From assembly GCA_963575745.1 (NCBI GenBank), contig CAUYUJ010000107.1, positions 1-64,000 of the forward strand: a stretch of 64,000 nucleotides of DNA. Reading direction: 5' to 3'. This document shows, in pieces, positions 1-12,560 of the stretch (position 1 is its first letter; each line of letters opens with the position of its first letter). The translations under genes were made by a program, and so were the position numbers. The notes beneath the pieces were generated by a model that saw nothing but the letters and a program-made list of their open reading frames with translations, was not told the origin of the DNA and did no database searches. Source of the stretch: Prorocentrum cordatum. Its lineage: Eukaryota.

Positions 1-410
1 GGCCCTTCTTCCTGGTGTGAGTCGTTCGGGCTCTTCGTGGTGTGAGTCGTTCGGGCTCTTCGTCATGGTGTGAGTCGTTCGGGCTTCTCGTGGTGTGAGT
101 TGTTCGGGCCCCTCGTCCTGGTGTGAGTCGTTCGGGCCCCTCCTCCTGGTGTGACTCGTTCGGGCTCCTCGTGGTGTGAATCGTTCGGGGCCCTCGTCGT
201 GGTGTGAGTCGTTCGGGCTCCTCGTGGTGTGAGTCGTTCGGGCGCCTCGTCCTGGTGTGGGTCGTTCGGGCCCCTCCTTCTGGTGTGAGTCGTTCGGGCT
301 CTTCGTGGTGTGAGTCGTTCGGGCCCCTCGTCCTGGTGTGAGTCGTTCGGGCTCCTCGTGGTGTGAGGCGTTCGGGCACCTCGTCCTGGTGCGAGTCGTT
401 CGGGCCCCTC
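1..410. repeat. Tandem minisatellite, ~25-28 bp unit (GGTGTGAGTCGTTCGGGC[CCCTCGTCCT/TCTTCGT])
   Basis: The core GTGTGAGTCGTTCGGG recurs every ~25-28 bp with near-identical linkers. Confidence 0.95.
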
Positions 411-895
<485 letters not shown>

Positions 896-1445
896 GTAGG
901 GGCCCCTCTTCCTGGTGTGAGTCGTTCGGGCTCCTCGTGGTGTCAGTCGTTCGGGCCCCTCGTCCTGGCGTGAGTTGTTCGGGCTCCTGGTGGTTCGAGT
1001 CGTTCGGGCCTCTCGTCCTGGTGTGAGTCGTTCGGGCTTTTCTTCCTGGTGTGAGTCGTTCGGGCTCTTCGTGGTGTGAGTCGTTCGGGCTCTTCGTCCT
1101 GGTGTGAGTCGTTCCGGCTTCTCGTGGTGTGAGTTGTTCGGGCCCTTCGTCTTGGTGTGAGTCGTTCGGGCCCCTCCTCCTGGTGTGAGTCGTTCGGGCT
1201 CCGCGTGGTGTGAGTCGTTCGGGGCCCTCGTCCTGGTGTGAGTCGTTCGGGCTCTTCGTGGTGTGAGTCGTTCGGGCGCCTCGTCCTGGTGTGAGTCGTT
1301 CGGGCCCCTCCTCCCGGTGTGAGTCGTTCGGGCTCTTCGTGGTGTGAGTCGTTCGGGCCCCTCGTCTTGGTGTGAGTCGTTCGGGCTCCTCGTGGTGTGA
1401 GGCGTTCGGGCACCTCGTCCTGGTGCGAGTCGTTCGGGCCCCTCG
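896..1445. repeat. Second block of the GTGTGAGTCGTTCGGG minisatellite
   Basis: Same unit as 1-410, ending with the same variant units (gaggcgttcgggcacc...gcgagtcgttcgggcccctcgtagta). Confidence 0.95.
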
Positions 1446-1451
1446 TAGTAC

Positions 1452-1520
<69 letters not shown>

Positions 1521-1531
1521 GTAGTAGTAGC

Positions 1532-1590
<59 letters not shown>
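1446..1590. repeat. (GTA)n microsatellite
   Basis: Pure GTA run. Confidence 0.97.
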
Positions 1591-1736
1591 CTCTCAGGAG
1601 AGGCCCAAGTCTCTATTTTCCTCCAGCGTTGTCGTCGTTGTTGCCATTCTGGCTCACAGTATTGCAGTGTGGCTGTGAGCTTTGCTCCGCCTACCAGCAA
1701 TCGTTTTCGCCTGCTAGCAATTTTCCTGCGGCTGGC

Positions 1737-2371
1737 ATGGAGAAGCGCCCGTGCGCTCTGGTAACCTTGCTAGCAAGGGGTACTTCTTGGAGCGAGCGTG
1801 GAGAATGTCGGTCGTCGGCGAGGGCAGTGAGCGTAGCTCAGCCCACCCCGTCTGCTCCGACAGGAAGCGTGGCCATCCCTGAGGACCGGCCGTGGTATGA
1901 ATGGTGCGGAGGCGCCGAGAATGCAATCTTTTACGTTTGCAAGAGGTGCGGCCTTGACGTGTGCAACGACGTACACCAGTGCTTTGCTTTCGCGAGCACT
2001 GGGGCATCTGACTCGGCTGTCGCTCGTGACACCGCGTTGGAGCGATGTATTCTACGACGGCGGAGTCCATTGCGGGGTGGACTCTGTCACGATTCGTGCA
2101 TTAGTCGACCAGGTCGCTCCGGGAGTCGGGACATGGAGCGGCAGCCCAGCGATGGGACGTGCAGGAGATGTTCGACAAGGTGAACCGTAATGTGGACTTG
2201 TTGGAGTGGATGCCAGGCATGAAGTTTGGCCACTTGTTGCTACCGTGCGCCACCGCAGAGGTGATCTCCGAAACAGGCAAAGGCGTTTCGGTCCTCTGCT
2301 TCCCATTCCTTCATGCTCGCGCGGGTCTGGAGGTCGAGAGCGCTATGACAGCACCCTGCATTCTGGCTTGG
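1737..2371 (+). pseudogene. Internally deleted copy of the SF1 helicase gene at 4291-8557
   Basis: Starts MEKRPCALVTLLA (cf. MEKCPCALATLLA at 4291). It jumps to ARAVSVAQPTPSA...PWYEW...CKRCG (cf. ~6655-6900), then to VQEMFDKV...WMPGMKFGHLLLPC (cf. ~7740-7950). Confidence 0.9.
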
Positions 2372-2489
2372 TCGACGACGACGACGACGTCGACGCCGAC
2401 GCGGACGACGACGACGACGACGACGACGACGCGACGACGTCGACACAACGACGACGACGACGACGACGACGACTACGACGTCAATGGTG

Positions 2490-3470
2490 ACGCCGACGGC
2501 GAGCGGAACGCACGCGCCCATCTTGGTTTTGGCACGATGTGGCCGCGTTGCGCAATTAGGGCATATCGCCCATCACGCTCACGGGCTCGTCACTCTTTGT
2601 TGTGATGCATGTTACCCCCTCCTCCATTGGCCCCGCCTTCGTGGCAGCAGCTCCTCGTTGCGGCTAACGCTCGGGGACATGCAGGCACGGCGGCCACCGC
2701 GGGATGCCCCAGACACGCGCCACTCTCGAGCTTTTATTGGCACGATCTGGCCACCTTGCGAAATTAGGGCACCCACTCCCCGTGAAACACACACATACAC
2801 ACATCCAAAACACAATCACACGCAAATCACATACACATAACAAACAAACACAAAGGCACGCATAGAATTTGAACCCTTTCCCCCGCTGCCAAGGGGGTGA
2901 GGGGGCACGCCATTTTTGGTTTGGAGGTCGATCGGGCCCTGGCGAGGCCTGGAAGTCGAACCTCCGATGCTTCGTCTACCGCGCTTGTGCGCAGTAGACG
3001 CGTCGAGCGTTGCGCAACGTGTTGGCTGGATTGCACTTGCCCTTGCTTATGAAAAAAAAAAAACGGAGAAAGTACAGCAGGAAGAAGGCCCTCCGAACCT
3101 TGCAGGGGTAAAGTCTCACGAAAGGGCCTGCAGGGATGCAAGAGCTGCAGGCTATCTACATGAACTTTCGGCCTTTCCCGCCACAGGCTATCTAGTGGCC
3201 TTCGCCCTATGTGCCTCAGGATATCTAGGGGCCTGCGGCCTATCCCGCCACCGTGGTGCAGGGATCCAAGTTCTTCAGGCTATAATACTATGCAAGGCTG
3301 TCAGGCTCCAGCTTGAGATTTCTTCAAGGCTTATCACAGGTTGTGTAAGTGTCTGACAATGGATAATATAGTCCGTGGGCGATCCTTCAGTCGCAAGTTT
3401 AAGAAATGTCATGTTCTCTTGGCTGTTTTCTGTTATGTTGAATCATCTGCGCCCCTGCCCCAAGTTGTTC
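2490..3470 (+). repeat. Non-coding ~1-kb module C, copy 1 (direct repeat of ~8905-9870)
   Basis: Shares gagcggaacg...cacgatgtggccgcgttgcg, a CA-rich tract, three ~34-bp caggctatcta...gcca units and caatggataatatagtccg with the second copy. Confidence 0.85.
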
Positions 3471-3489
3471 GCTAGAGTCATTATACCCC

Positions 3490-4290
3490 GACGACGACGA
3501 CGACGACGACGACAACGACGATGACGTCGACGTCGACGACGACGACGACGACCACGTCGTCGACGACGACGATTCATCGACGACGCGCTTCCTCTTGCTT
3601 GTTCTCGTCGTCCTCCTGTGTTATGTTTGCTGGTCCGCCTTGTATGTTGCCGTGATTCGTCGTCCTGCTCTTTCTTCTCCTCCTCCGCCCAATGCGTTGA
3701 AAATGTCGACAGCCGTAGGGGCCCGAATGACTCGCACCAGGAGGTGAGTCGTTCGGGCTCCTCGTCCTTCTCCTCCTTCTCGTTATCGGAGATCTGGTGG
3801 TGCGCGCACGAAGGCCTTCACCTTTGTGGTGTGATGATACCGCCCGCGCGAGCGTAGCGCTTTTTGTCTTGTCGCTGTCTCCACTTCCCGACGCTTCTGG
3901 ATGGCGTTTGAGGTTCTTCAGTTCATTCCAAGACGGTCCAAGGCCCAGGAGGGCCCAGGAGGCTCTTACATCTCGTAAGAGGGCTCAAATAACGCTCCAA
4001 GAAAGTCCATAAGGAATGCGGATCGAGATGGCGCGGCCTCGGGTTCTGGAGGCCCGGGGGAAGCCGCTGGAAGAAATCCCGAGGGTTTGCAGCAGTCGCG
4101 TGAGGCCCCAAGAGGCCCCGAGGAAGTGCCACGAGGTCACCAAGGGGCTCAGGATTGGCCCAAGTCCATATGTCCTCCAGCTTTGTCGTCGCTGTTGCCA
4201 TTCTGGCTCGCAGCGTTGCAGTGTGGCTGTGAGCTTAGCTCCGCCTACCAGCAACCGTTTCCGCCCTCCAGCAATTTCCTTGCGGTCGGC
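3490..4290 (+). repeat. Non-coding module B / gene-leader cassette (copies at ~9900-10335 truncated, ~10360-11200, ~11690-12540; partial at 1590-1736, ~14030-14170, ~17420-17660)
   Basis: Order is conserved across copies: (GAC)n, tcatcgacgacgcgcttc, a gcccgaacgactca...tgagtcgttcgggc hairpin, aagacggtccaagg, then gttgccattctggctc...gtggctgtgagcttagctccgcctaccagcaa just upstream of a start codon. Confidence 0.85.
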
Positions 4291-7200
4291 ATGGAGAAGT
4301 GCCCGTGCGCTCTGGCAACCTTGCTAGCAACGGGGGCCCCTTGGAGCGAGCAGGGCGAGGGCAAGTCCTTCGACGAGTTCATGCTGGGCACGTTTGGATC
4401 ATCGATCGATGGTGGCGGTCCGTCGGAAAGCCAAGATTCAGAATTTAGCTGCGCGGATCCGTCTCGGAACGGGTCCAATAGCTTGCTGAAAGGTTCTGCC
4501 GCATGCCGATTTCCAGATGCGCGAGAAGACTCCGCGTGTCATTCTTGCAGTTCGTAGCGCATGGTTACCGCCTGGCGAGGCTGACGTCATCCACAGTACG
4601 TTGCCCGGCAAGTCAGTCTTGAAGTTTTGGGTGGCTGTGCGTGCCGATGAGGATGTGGTCATTCCTCCTTCTTTTAGCAATGACCGATCGTCGCCGCACC
4701 GCCGTCGCCCAGCAGACATCGCGGATTGCCTGCCGCCAGAGCTACTCGGGCGAATAAAACGGAACGCCCTGATAGCAATAGACTACGCGGAGCAGGCCAT
4801 CGCGAACAAGAGAGGTCAAAGTTCGAAGAGGCTGAGGCAGGATGGCAGCGGTGAGCTGAGCTGCATGAAGAAACTCGTCGCTCAGTTGGGCACGAAGGAG
4901 CTGCCTCCTCGGGAGCGCCCCAGCACTGCCTGGAAAGCTTGCGGTGGCACGGTGTTTGCGCCGGCGGATATCGTGGCTCGGGGGTGCAGTTGCGGCCGCC
5001 TGGAGAAGTTCCCCGTGCGCATGTCCGTCGATTGCCGCGGCTTAGGGCCCAGCAACGTGGCTCGCAAGACCAGGTTCAACGTAGAGGCAGAGGTTGCGCC
5101 AGCGCTGCTGCATGCGGCGAAGGGCAAGCTGCTGTGCGAACTGCGGGCGGGGTCTGTTCGCAACGAAGATGTGGTGCGTCTGAAGGTTCACGAGGACAGC
5201 CTCGGTTGTGCTTCCATCGTGTGCAACATGCACACGTTCACTGACAGGGGTGCCCGTTGGCGCGTTGACTCCGACGGCGACTTCGCAACCGACAAGCACC
5301 GCATGCTGTGGATGATAAGTACGCGCGTACTGTCGAACATAGGCATCCAGGGCAATGCGCTTAGCGCAGGCTATCGAGACATTCGCATTGCTAGCCCGCA
5401 CGTTAGCCCAGATAGCCTCGAAGCGGCCTACCAGAGCGGAACGCTCCATGTCGTAACGGCTGCGCCGAGGAAAGATTACGCTACTCGCACTACTCTGGAG
5501 CCAGAGGTGCACGCAGATGGAGAGTATCTCGGCGTTATCCTTGAATGGGTTGGCAACCGAGTATACCAGCACGCTGCTCTTGTTCGCAGCGCTACTGCGG
5601 AGAATACTCTTGGGCTCGGCGCTCTGCGGGCTGCCTTTTCCATAGTGCAGCCTTGGTCTGGACCGCCAGTCGCAGTGGGAAATGTGCTGAAGAATAGAGT
5701 CTCTCCATCGTCTGACTTCATCCAGTTGGTATTGCGCAGGCGCGGCATTCAGCTGTCGGACGATCAGAAGCGATGCATGGAGACCATCAACGCCTCGGAC
5801 AATCATCACTTGGTCATCCAGGCTTACGCAGGTACTGGAAAGTCGCTACTTTTGGCGTTGCTGGTCGAGGCAGCGTTGGCCGACGTCGACAGACAGAATG
5901 GCGCAGTGGTGATCGTGACTCCTTCGCGTAATCTGCGTGACTCCATATTGCAAGGTCCGGATTTCCTAAGCAAAGTGTTTGTGGCGGATGATTACGGGCC
6001 CCGAGTTGTTTGGCTTGGGCGACCTTCAGATGCCCCCGGGGCGTTGAGCACATGGGAAAATAAGGTTGCGGAATTGGTGCATGAACGGCTGCGCCCTCTG
6101 CGCGCAGAGGTGCAAGAGCTGGAAGGTTCGGGTCTACGCCCTGCTTTTCAGCGTATCTTGGAGTTCAGCATCTCCTGGAAGGAGCTGCCAGCGGCCTCTG
6201 TTGACGTGGCTGGGGGCGCTGAGTTCGCGGCGTTGTAGAAGTTCCGCGGCCATGCTCGCCGGCACATGCTACAGATCTTTGCCATCAAACGGAAAAGGGC
6301 GGAGCTCTGGGAGGACGTCATCACAGAAGGCACCAACGGTTATCTCATCGTGTCAACAATGGATTCTTTCGTCAAGTGGCGGGCGGGAGCCATTAAAGGA
6401 TACCTGAACCGTTTGTTGGATCGCCTGGATATCAGCCTGTTCTGCATGGAAGAGTTTGAGTCCTACGACGTTTCCCAGGTGGTAGCTGCCTTGGCGAACG
6501 CGTCTGTACAGACATTGCTCATGGTGGGGGACCAGCATCAGAGAGTGGAGAATGTCGGTGGCCAGCGTTCTCGCTCCACCTTCAGCTCCGACGGCGCGGT
6601 CGGCGCGCTGCCCTTCGCTCCGCGCGGCCTGGGAGGTGATGGCGAGGATTGCGCCGCGAGGGCAGTGAGCGTAGCTCAGCCCACGCCGTCTGCTCTGACA
6701 GGAAGCGCGGCCGTCCCTGAGGCCCGTCCGTGGTACGAATGGCGCCGAGACGCCGAGAATGCAGCCCTCGACGTTTGCAAAAGGTGCGGCAAGGACATCT
6801 GCAACTACGTGGCGCAGTGCTTTGATTTCGCGAGCACTTTTGCTTCTGACTCGGCTGTCGCTCGTGACACCGCATTGCAGCACGTATTCTACGACGGCGA
6901 CCAATGGTACAGGAGTCCAGTGCGGGGCGGTGATGAAGTCGGTTGGCACCCTCTCTTGTTCGAATGTTTATGCCACGCTGTTGCCGCATATTTGACCGAG
7001 TACAGGAGTCTCCAGCGGGAGTGGAAAGGTTTTCCACGACCAACGGTGCTGATCATCATGCCTTTGAGCCGGTCAGCAATCCCGCTGTGTTGCTTGATGC
7101 AAGCTGCTTTCGATGACACAAGTCTGGGCTCAGGGGTCGTGCAAGTGTCGCTCCCTTTGAATGTGAGGGGGGAGAGCGTCCCTATAGTGCACTGCGTGCG

Positions 7201-8557
7201 GCATCGTCGCACAGTGGGTGCTCAGGACCAATACGCTGGGACGCAGAGGAACTTGAACCAAGAGTACATCAACTTGACGCGCGGGGTGGTGAAGACTTGC
7301 ATGTGGGTCGAATTACAACCGTTCGGGCATCCAGCAATGCCGCGCGACGCGCGCCATGAGTATGTTGGCGGTGGGTCCAAGGACGAGTTTTGCTCCGCGT
7401 ACGCGAAGCGCAGGAACAAACACATCTGGGACTACAAGCTTCCGTGGGGCATTCTCGCGGACCGCCAGAATATACAAGCGTCGTATTACGACTGCTTTGA
7501 GCGTAGGCTTCGAGATGATGCTGCTCGTCGTGTACATGACATCGCTGATGCGGTGTGGTGGAAGCTGTATTGGAACCAGATTCCAAACTTGCCGACCCTC
7601 GGCCAGGGATGCAGCGACTACAAATCCTTCGATGATGTCCTAGCGCAAGCAGCCGGCGCAGGCACCTCTCTTGCGCGATTCGTGCACGAGTCTACCAGGT
7701 CGCTTCGGGATTTGGGTCATGGAGCGGCAGCCGAGCGATGGGACGTGCAGGAGATGCACGACAAGGTGAGCCGCGATGTGGACTTGTTCGATTGGATGCC
7801 AGGCATGAAGTTCGGCCACTTGTTGCTGCCGTGCGACGCCGCAGAGGTGAGCTCCGAAGCAGGCAAAGGCGTGACGCGCCTCTGCTTCCCATTCCTTCAT
7901 GCTCACGCGGGTCCGGAGGTCGAGAGCGCTATAACAGCACTCTGCAGCCTGGCCTGGTTTCTGTCGTTCGTGCTGGAGAAGGAACTGGTGTCGGATGCGC
8001 GTGTGAGCAGAGAACTGCATAAAATGCGGGTCATAGAAGAAGACGGGGACCTTTGGTTCAACAAGGCCTGCCAGTCCGGACGCATAGCCACAGCCATCAA
8101 GGACAAGGGCAAGAGCGTAGTCTACATGTATGTTGGCGGAGGGGCAGTGGACCACGAGCAGTCTTACCTCTTGGGCGGCATCGTAGTAATCTGCAAGAGC
8201 TGGAGGTGGGCGGCTTTGGTGTACTCCGCGGTGAGAACTGCGGGCCTCGCGTGCAACCATTCGATAGGCTCCTTGGACTCCGCGTTGGTGATCTGCGACG
8301 AGACCGAGACAAGCGAGTCTACAACTGAACCCACAGCTGCGACGCAATCGCCCGTTCTCGACTTCCACAAGCTCACTGAGGAGACGTGGCTCTGTGTTGG
8401 TTCATCGTGTGACGTGGTTAAGTCCGATGTCGAGGCGCCGCGGCGCACTGGAAGACACGTGCGGCCCACCCAGTCCGACCAGGTAGGCATCCAGTTAGCA
8501 TCTCTGAAAGAAGTTTATGCTTCAGACGTGGCGCTCTTGCTCGGCGGGGGCGATTAG
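4291..8557 (+). pseudogene. Superfamily-1 helicase (Upf1/Dna2-like motif set), disrupted
   Basis: ORFs 4517-6238 and 6266-8557 are in the same frame, separated by one TAG (6236-6238). Motifs: Q-motif LSDDQ, Walker A IQAYAGTGKS, Ia VVIVTPSRNLRD, Ib IVSTMDSF, II FCMEEFES, III LMVGDQHQ, IV KRCG, V VRGES, VI YINLTRG. The probable start is ATG 4291, with a frameshift near 4500. Confidence 0.8.
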
Positions 8558-8904
8558 ATTCCAAGTCTGTCTGCTACGGAAGTGGCCGAAGCAGAGAGCG
8601 TCGTCGGTGCGTAGCAGTGATAATCGGTGGAGGACGCCGACGACGACGACGTTGAAGACGTCGAAGGCGACGACGACGACCACGACCACGACGACGACGA
8701 TGACCGCTCGACGACGACGACGACGACGATGACGACGACGCCGACGCGGAGGACGACGACGACGACGACGACGACGACACGACGACGACGTCGTCGAGAC
8801 AACGACGACGACGACAACAACGACGACGTGAACGGCGACGCCGACGACGCCGACGCGACGGCGACGACAGGGGGGGCACTCCTCGGAGCCTCTTCACTCT
8901 GGAG

Positions 8905-9870
8905 AGCGAGCGGAACGCTCGCGCCCGTCGTGGTTTTGCCACGATGTGGCCGCGTTGCGAAATTAGGTTACATCGGCCATCACGCTTACGGGCTCGCCAC
9001 TTTTTGTTGTGATGCATGTTTCACTCTGCCCCATTGGCCCCGCCCTCGTGGCAGCAGCGTTGTTGCGGCTAACGCCCGAGGACATGCAGGCGCGGCGGCC
9101 GCCGCGGGATGCCCCAGACACGCGCCACTCTCGAGCTTTTATTTGCACGATCTCGCCCCCTTGCGAAATTAGGGCACCCACCCCCCTCAAACACACACAC
9201 ACATATTCAAAACACACACACACACACAAAACACGCACACAACAAAAAAAAACACGGAAACACACGCACAGAATTTGAACCTTTCCCCTCGCTGCCAGGG
9301 GGGTGAGGGGGCATGCGATTTTTTGTTTGGAGGTCGATCGGGCCCTGGCCAGGCCTGGAAGTCGAACCTCCGATGCTTCGTCTACCGCGCTCGTGCGCAG
9401 TAGGCGCGTCGTGCGTTGCGCAACGCGCTGGCTGAACTGCACCCGTCCTTGCTCGCGAAAGAAACGAAACAAAACCAGAGCAGGAAGAAGGCCCCCCGAA
9501 CCCTTGCAGGCTTAAAGTGCCACGAAAGGGCCTGCGGGGATCGAAGAGCTCCAGGCTATCTACGTGGCCTTCGGCCTTTGCCGCCACAGGCTATCTACTG
9601 GCCTTCGGCCTATCCCGTCACAGGATATCTAGTGGTCTGTGGCCTATCCCGCCACCGTGCTGCAAGGGTCCAAGATCTCCAGGCTATAGTACAATAGAAG
9701 GCTGCCATGCTGAAGCTTGAGACTTCTTCAAGGCTTACAACAGGTTGTATAAGTGTTGAAAGGCTGTCAATGGATAATATAGTCCGCTGGCAATTTTGCA
9801 GTCGCAAATGTACTAGATTTAATGTTCTCTTGACTGTTGTGCGTTATGTTGAATCATTTGCGTCCCAGTC
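8905..9870 (+). repeat. Module C, copy 2
   Basis: Direct repeat of 2490-3470; each copy follows a helicase copy. Confidence 0.85.
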
Positions 9871-11224
9871 ACTATTTTTGTGCTAGCGCCATCGTACCGC
9901 GACGACGACGACGACGACAAGGACGAAGACGTCGATGTCGACGACGATGACGACGACGATGACGACCACGGCGACGTCGACGACGACTCATCGACGACGC
10001 GCTTCCTCTTGCTTCTTCTCGTCGTCCTCCTTTGTTATGTTTGCTGGTCCGCCTTGTTTGTTGCCGAGCCTCGTCGTCCTGCTCCTTCTTCTCCTCCTCT
10101 GTCCAGTTCTTTGAAAATGTCGACAGCCGTAGGGGCCCGAATGACTCGCACCAGGAGCTGAGTCGTTCGGTCTCCTCGTCCTTCTCCTCCGTTTCGTTAT
10201 CGGAGTTCTGGTGGTGCGCGCACGAATGCCTTCACGTTCGTTGTATGATGATATCGCTCGCGCGAGCGTAACGCCTTTCGTCTTCTCGCCGACTCCGCTT
10301 CCCGACGCTCTTGGACGGCGTTGAAGGTTCTTCAGTTCGTTCCAAGACGGTTCAAGAGGATGACGACGACGACGACGACGACGACGACCACGACGGCGAC
10401 GATGAGGACCACGACGCCGACGACGACGACTCATCGACGACGCGCTTCTTCCTCCTCCTTCTCGTCGTCCTCCTTTGTTATGTTTGCTGATCCTCCTTGT
10501 ACGTTTCCTTGCCTCTTCTTCCTGGCACCTCTTCTCCCCCCCCCAGTTCGTTGAAGATGTCGTCAGTCGTAGGGGCCCGAACGACTCACACCAGGAGTTG
10601 AGTCGTTCGGGCTCCCCTTCCTTCTCCTCTTTCTTCTTATCGGAGTACTTGGTGGTGCGCGCGCGAATGCCTTCTCCATTGATGTCTGAGGATACTGCTC
10701 GCGCGAGGGTAACGCTTTTCGTCTTGTCGCTTACTCCGCTTCCCGACGCTCCCGGACGGCTTTGGAGGTTCTGCAGTTCGTGCCAAGACGGTCCAAGGAC
10801 CAAGACGGCCCAGGAGGCTCCTAGATCTCCCAAGAGAGCTCAAATAACGCTCCAAGAGGGTCCAGGAGGAATGCGGACCGAGATGGCGCTGTCTCGGGGT
10901 GTGGAGGCCCGAGGGATGCCGCCGGAGGAAATCCAGAGGGTCTGCAGCAGCCGCGTGAGGCTTGAAAAGGCCCCCAGGAAGCGCCACGAGGTCACCAAGG
11001 CTCTCAGGAGAGGCCCAAGTCTATATTTCTTTCAGCGTTGTCGTCGCTGTTGCCATTTTGGGTCACAGTGTTGAAGTGTGGCTGTGAGCTCAGCTCCGCC
11101 TACCAGCAATCGCTTCTGCCTGGTAGCAATCTCCCTGTGGCTGCGAGTTCTCTCCGCCTACCATTTGTGCAGTGAGCTTAGCTCGGCGCGGACGCTCTTC
11201 CTTCCAATGCCTGAGCGCAGCTGG

Positions 11225-11580
11225 CATGGATAAGTTGGGTCAGAGAGGAAGACGGCGACCTTTGCTTCAATAAGGTCTGCCAGTCTGGACGCATAGCCAC
11301 AGCTATCAAGGACAAGGGCCTGAGCGGTGTCCAGATGTATGTCGGCGGATGTGATGTACGATGTGACGATGTGATGTGCGATGTCGAAGCGCCGCGGCGC
11401 ATCGGAAGAGACGTGATGGCCACCCAGTCTGAGGATGTAGGCATCCAGCTTGCTTTTCTGACAGAAGCTCAGGCTGCAGACGTGAAGCGCTTGTTCAGTG
11501 AGGCGATTAGATTTCTGTCGGCTACAGAAGGCGCCGAAGCAGAGAGCGTCGTCGTTGCGCAGCAGTGATAATCGGTGGAC
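11225..11580 (+). pseudogene. Second deleted remnant of the SF1 helicase 3' end
   Basis: gaggaagacggcgaccttt...aaggacaagggc matches ~8035-8110. CDVEAPRRIGRDVMATQSEDVGIQLA matches SDVEAPRRTGRHVRPTQSDQVGIQLA, and both end in gcgattag. Confidence 0.85.
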
Positions 11581-12560
11581 GACGCCGACGACGACGACGT
11601 CGACGACGACGACGATGACGACGCTGACGCGACGGCGACGCGACGGCGACGACGACGACGACCACGTCGACGACGAAGTCGACGACGACGACGAGGACGA
11701 CGACGACGACGATGTCGACGACGACGACGACGATGACGACGGCGACGTCGACGATGAGGACTCATCGACGACGCGCTTCCTCTTCCTTCTTCTCGACGTC
11801 CTCCTTTGTTATGTTTGCTGATCCGCCGTGTATGCTTCATTGCCTCGTCTTCCTGCTCCTTCTTCGCCTCTTCCGCCTCATTCGTTGAAAATGGCGACGC
11901 CCGTAGGGGCCCCAACGAATCACTCCAGGAGTTGAGTCGTTCGGGCTCCTCCTCCTTTTTCTCCGTCTCCTGATCGGAGTTGCGGTTGTGCGCGCACGAA
12001 CGCCTTCGCGATTGTTGTATGAGGATGCAGTTCGCGCGAGGGTAACGCTTTTCGTCTTTTCGCTGTCTCCGCTCCCCGACGCTCCCGGACCGCGTTGGAG
12101 GCTCTTCAGTTCGGTCCAAGACAGCCCAAGCCCCAAGACGGCCCAGGAGGCTCCCCAGATTTCCGAGGAAGGCTCACAGAGCGCTCCCAGAGGGGTCCAG
12201 GAGGAATGCGGACCGTGATGGCGCGGTGTCGGGTTGCAGAGGCTCCGGGGAAGTTGTCTGAGGAAAACCAGAGGGTCCGCAGCAGCTTCGTGAGGCCCCA
12301 AGAGGCTCCTAGGAAGGGCCACGATTTCACCAAGGCGCTCAGGACTGGCCGAAGTCTATACTTCCTGCAGCGTTGTCGTCGCTGTTGCCATTCTGGGTCA
12401 CAATGTTGAGATGTGGCTGTGAGCTTAGCTCGGCCTCGCAGCAATCGCTTCTGCCTACTAGCAATCTCCCTGTGGCTGCGAGTTCTCTCCGCCTAACATT
12501 TGCGCAGTGAGCTTAGCTCGGCGCGGACGCTCTTCTTTCAAACACCGTCGCGCGGTCGGC

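Noticed and set aside
3465..3480. CTAG as a Helitron 3' terminus
   Set aside because: No convincing GC-rich hairpin lies just upstream, and the equivalent position in copy 2 differs.
2490..9870. ~1-kb direct repeats as LTRs around the helicase
   Set aside because: There is no gag/RT/integrase and no clear TG...CA ends or TSD; a tandem unit duplication explains them better.
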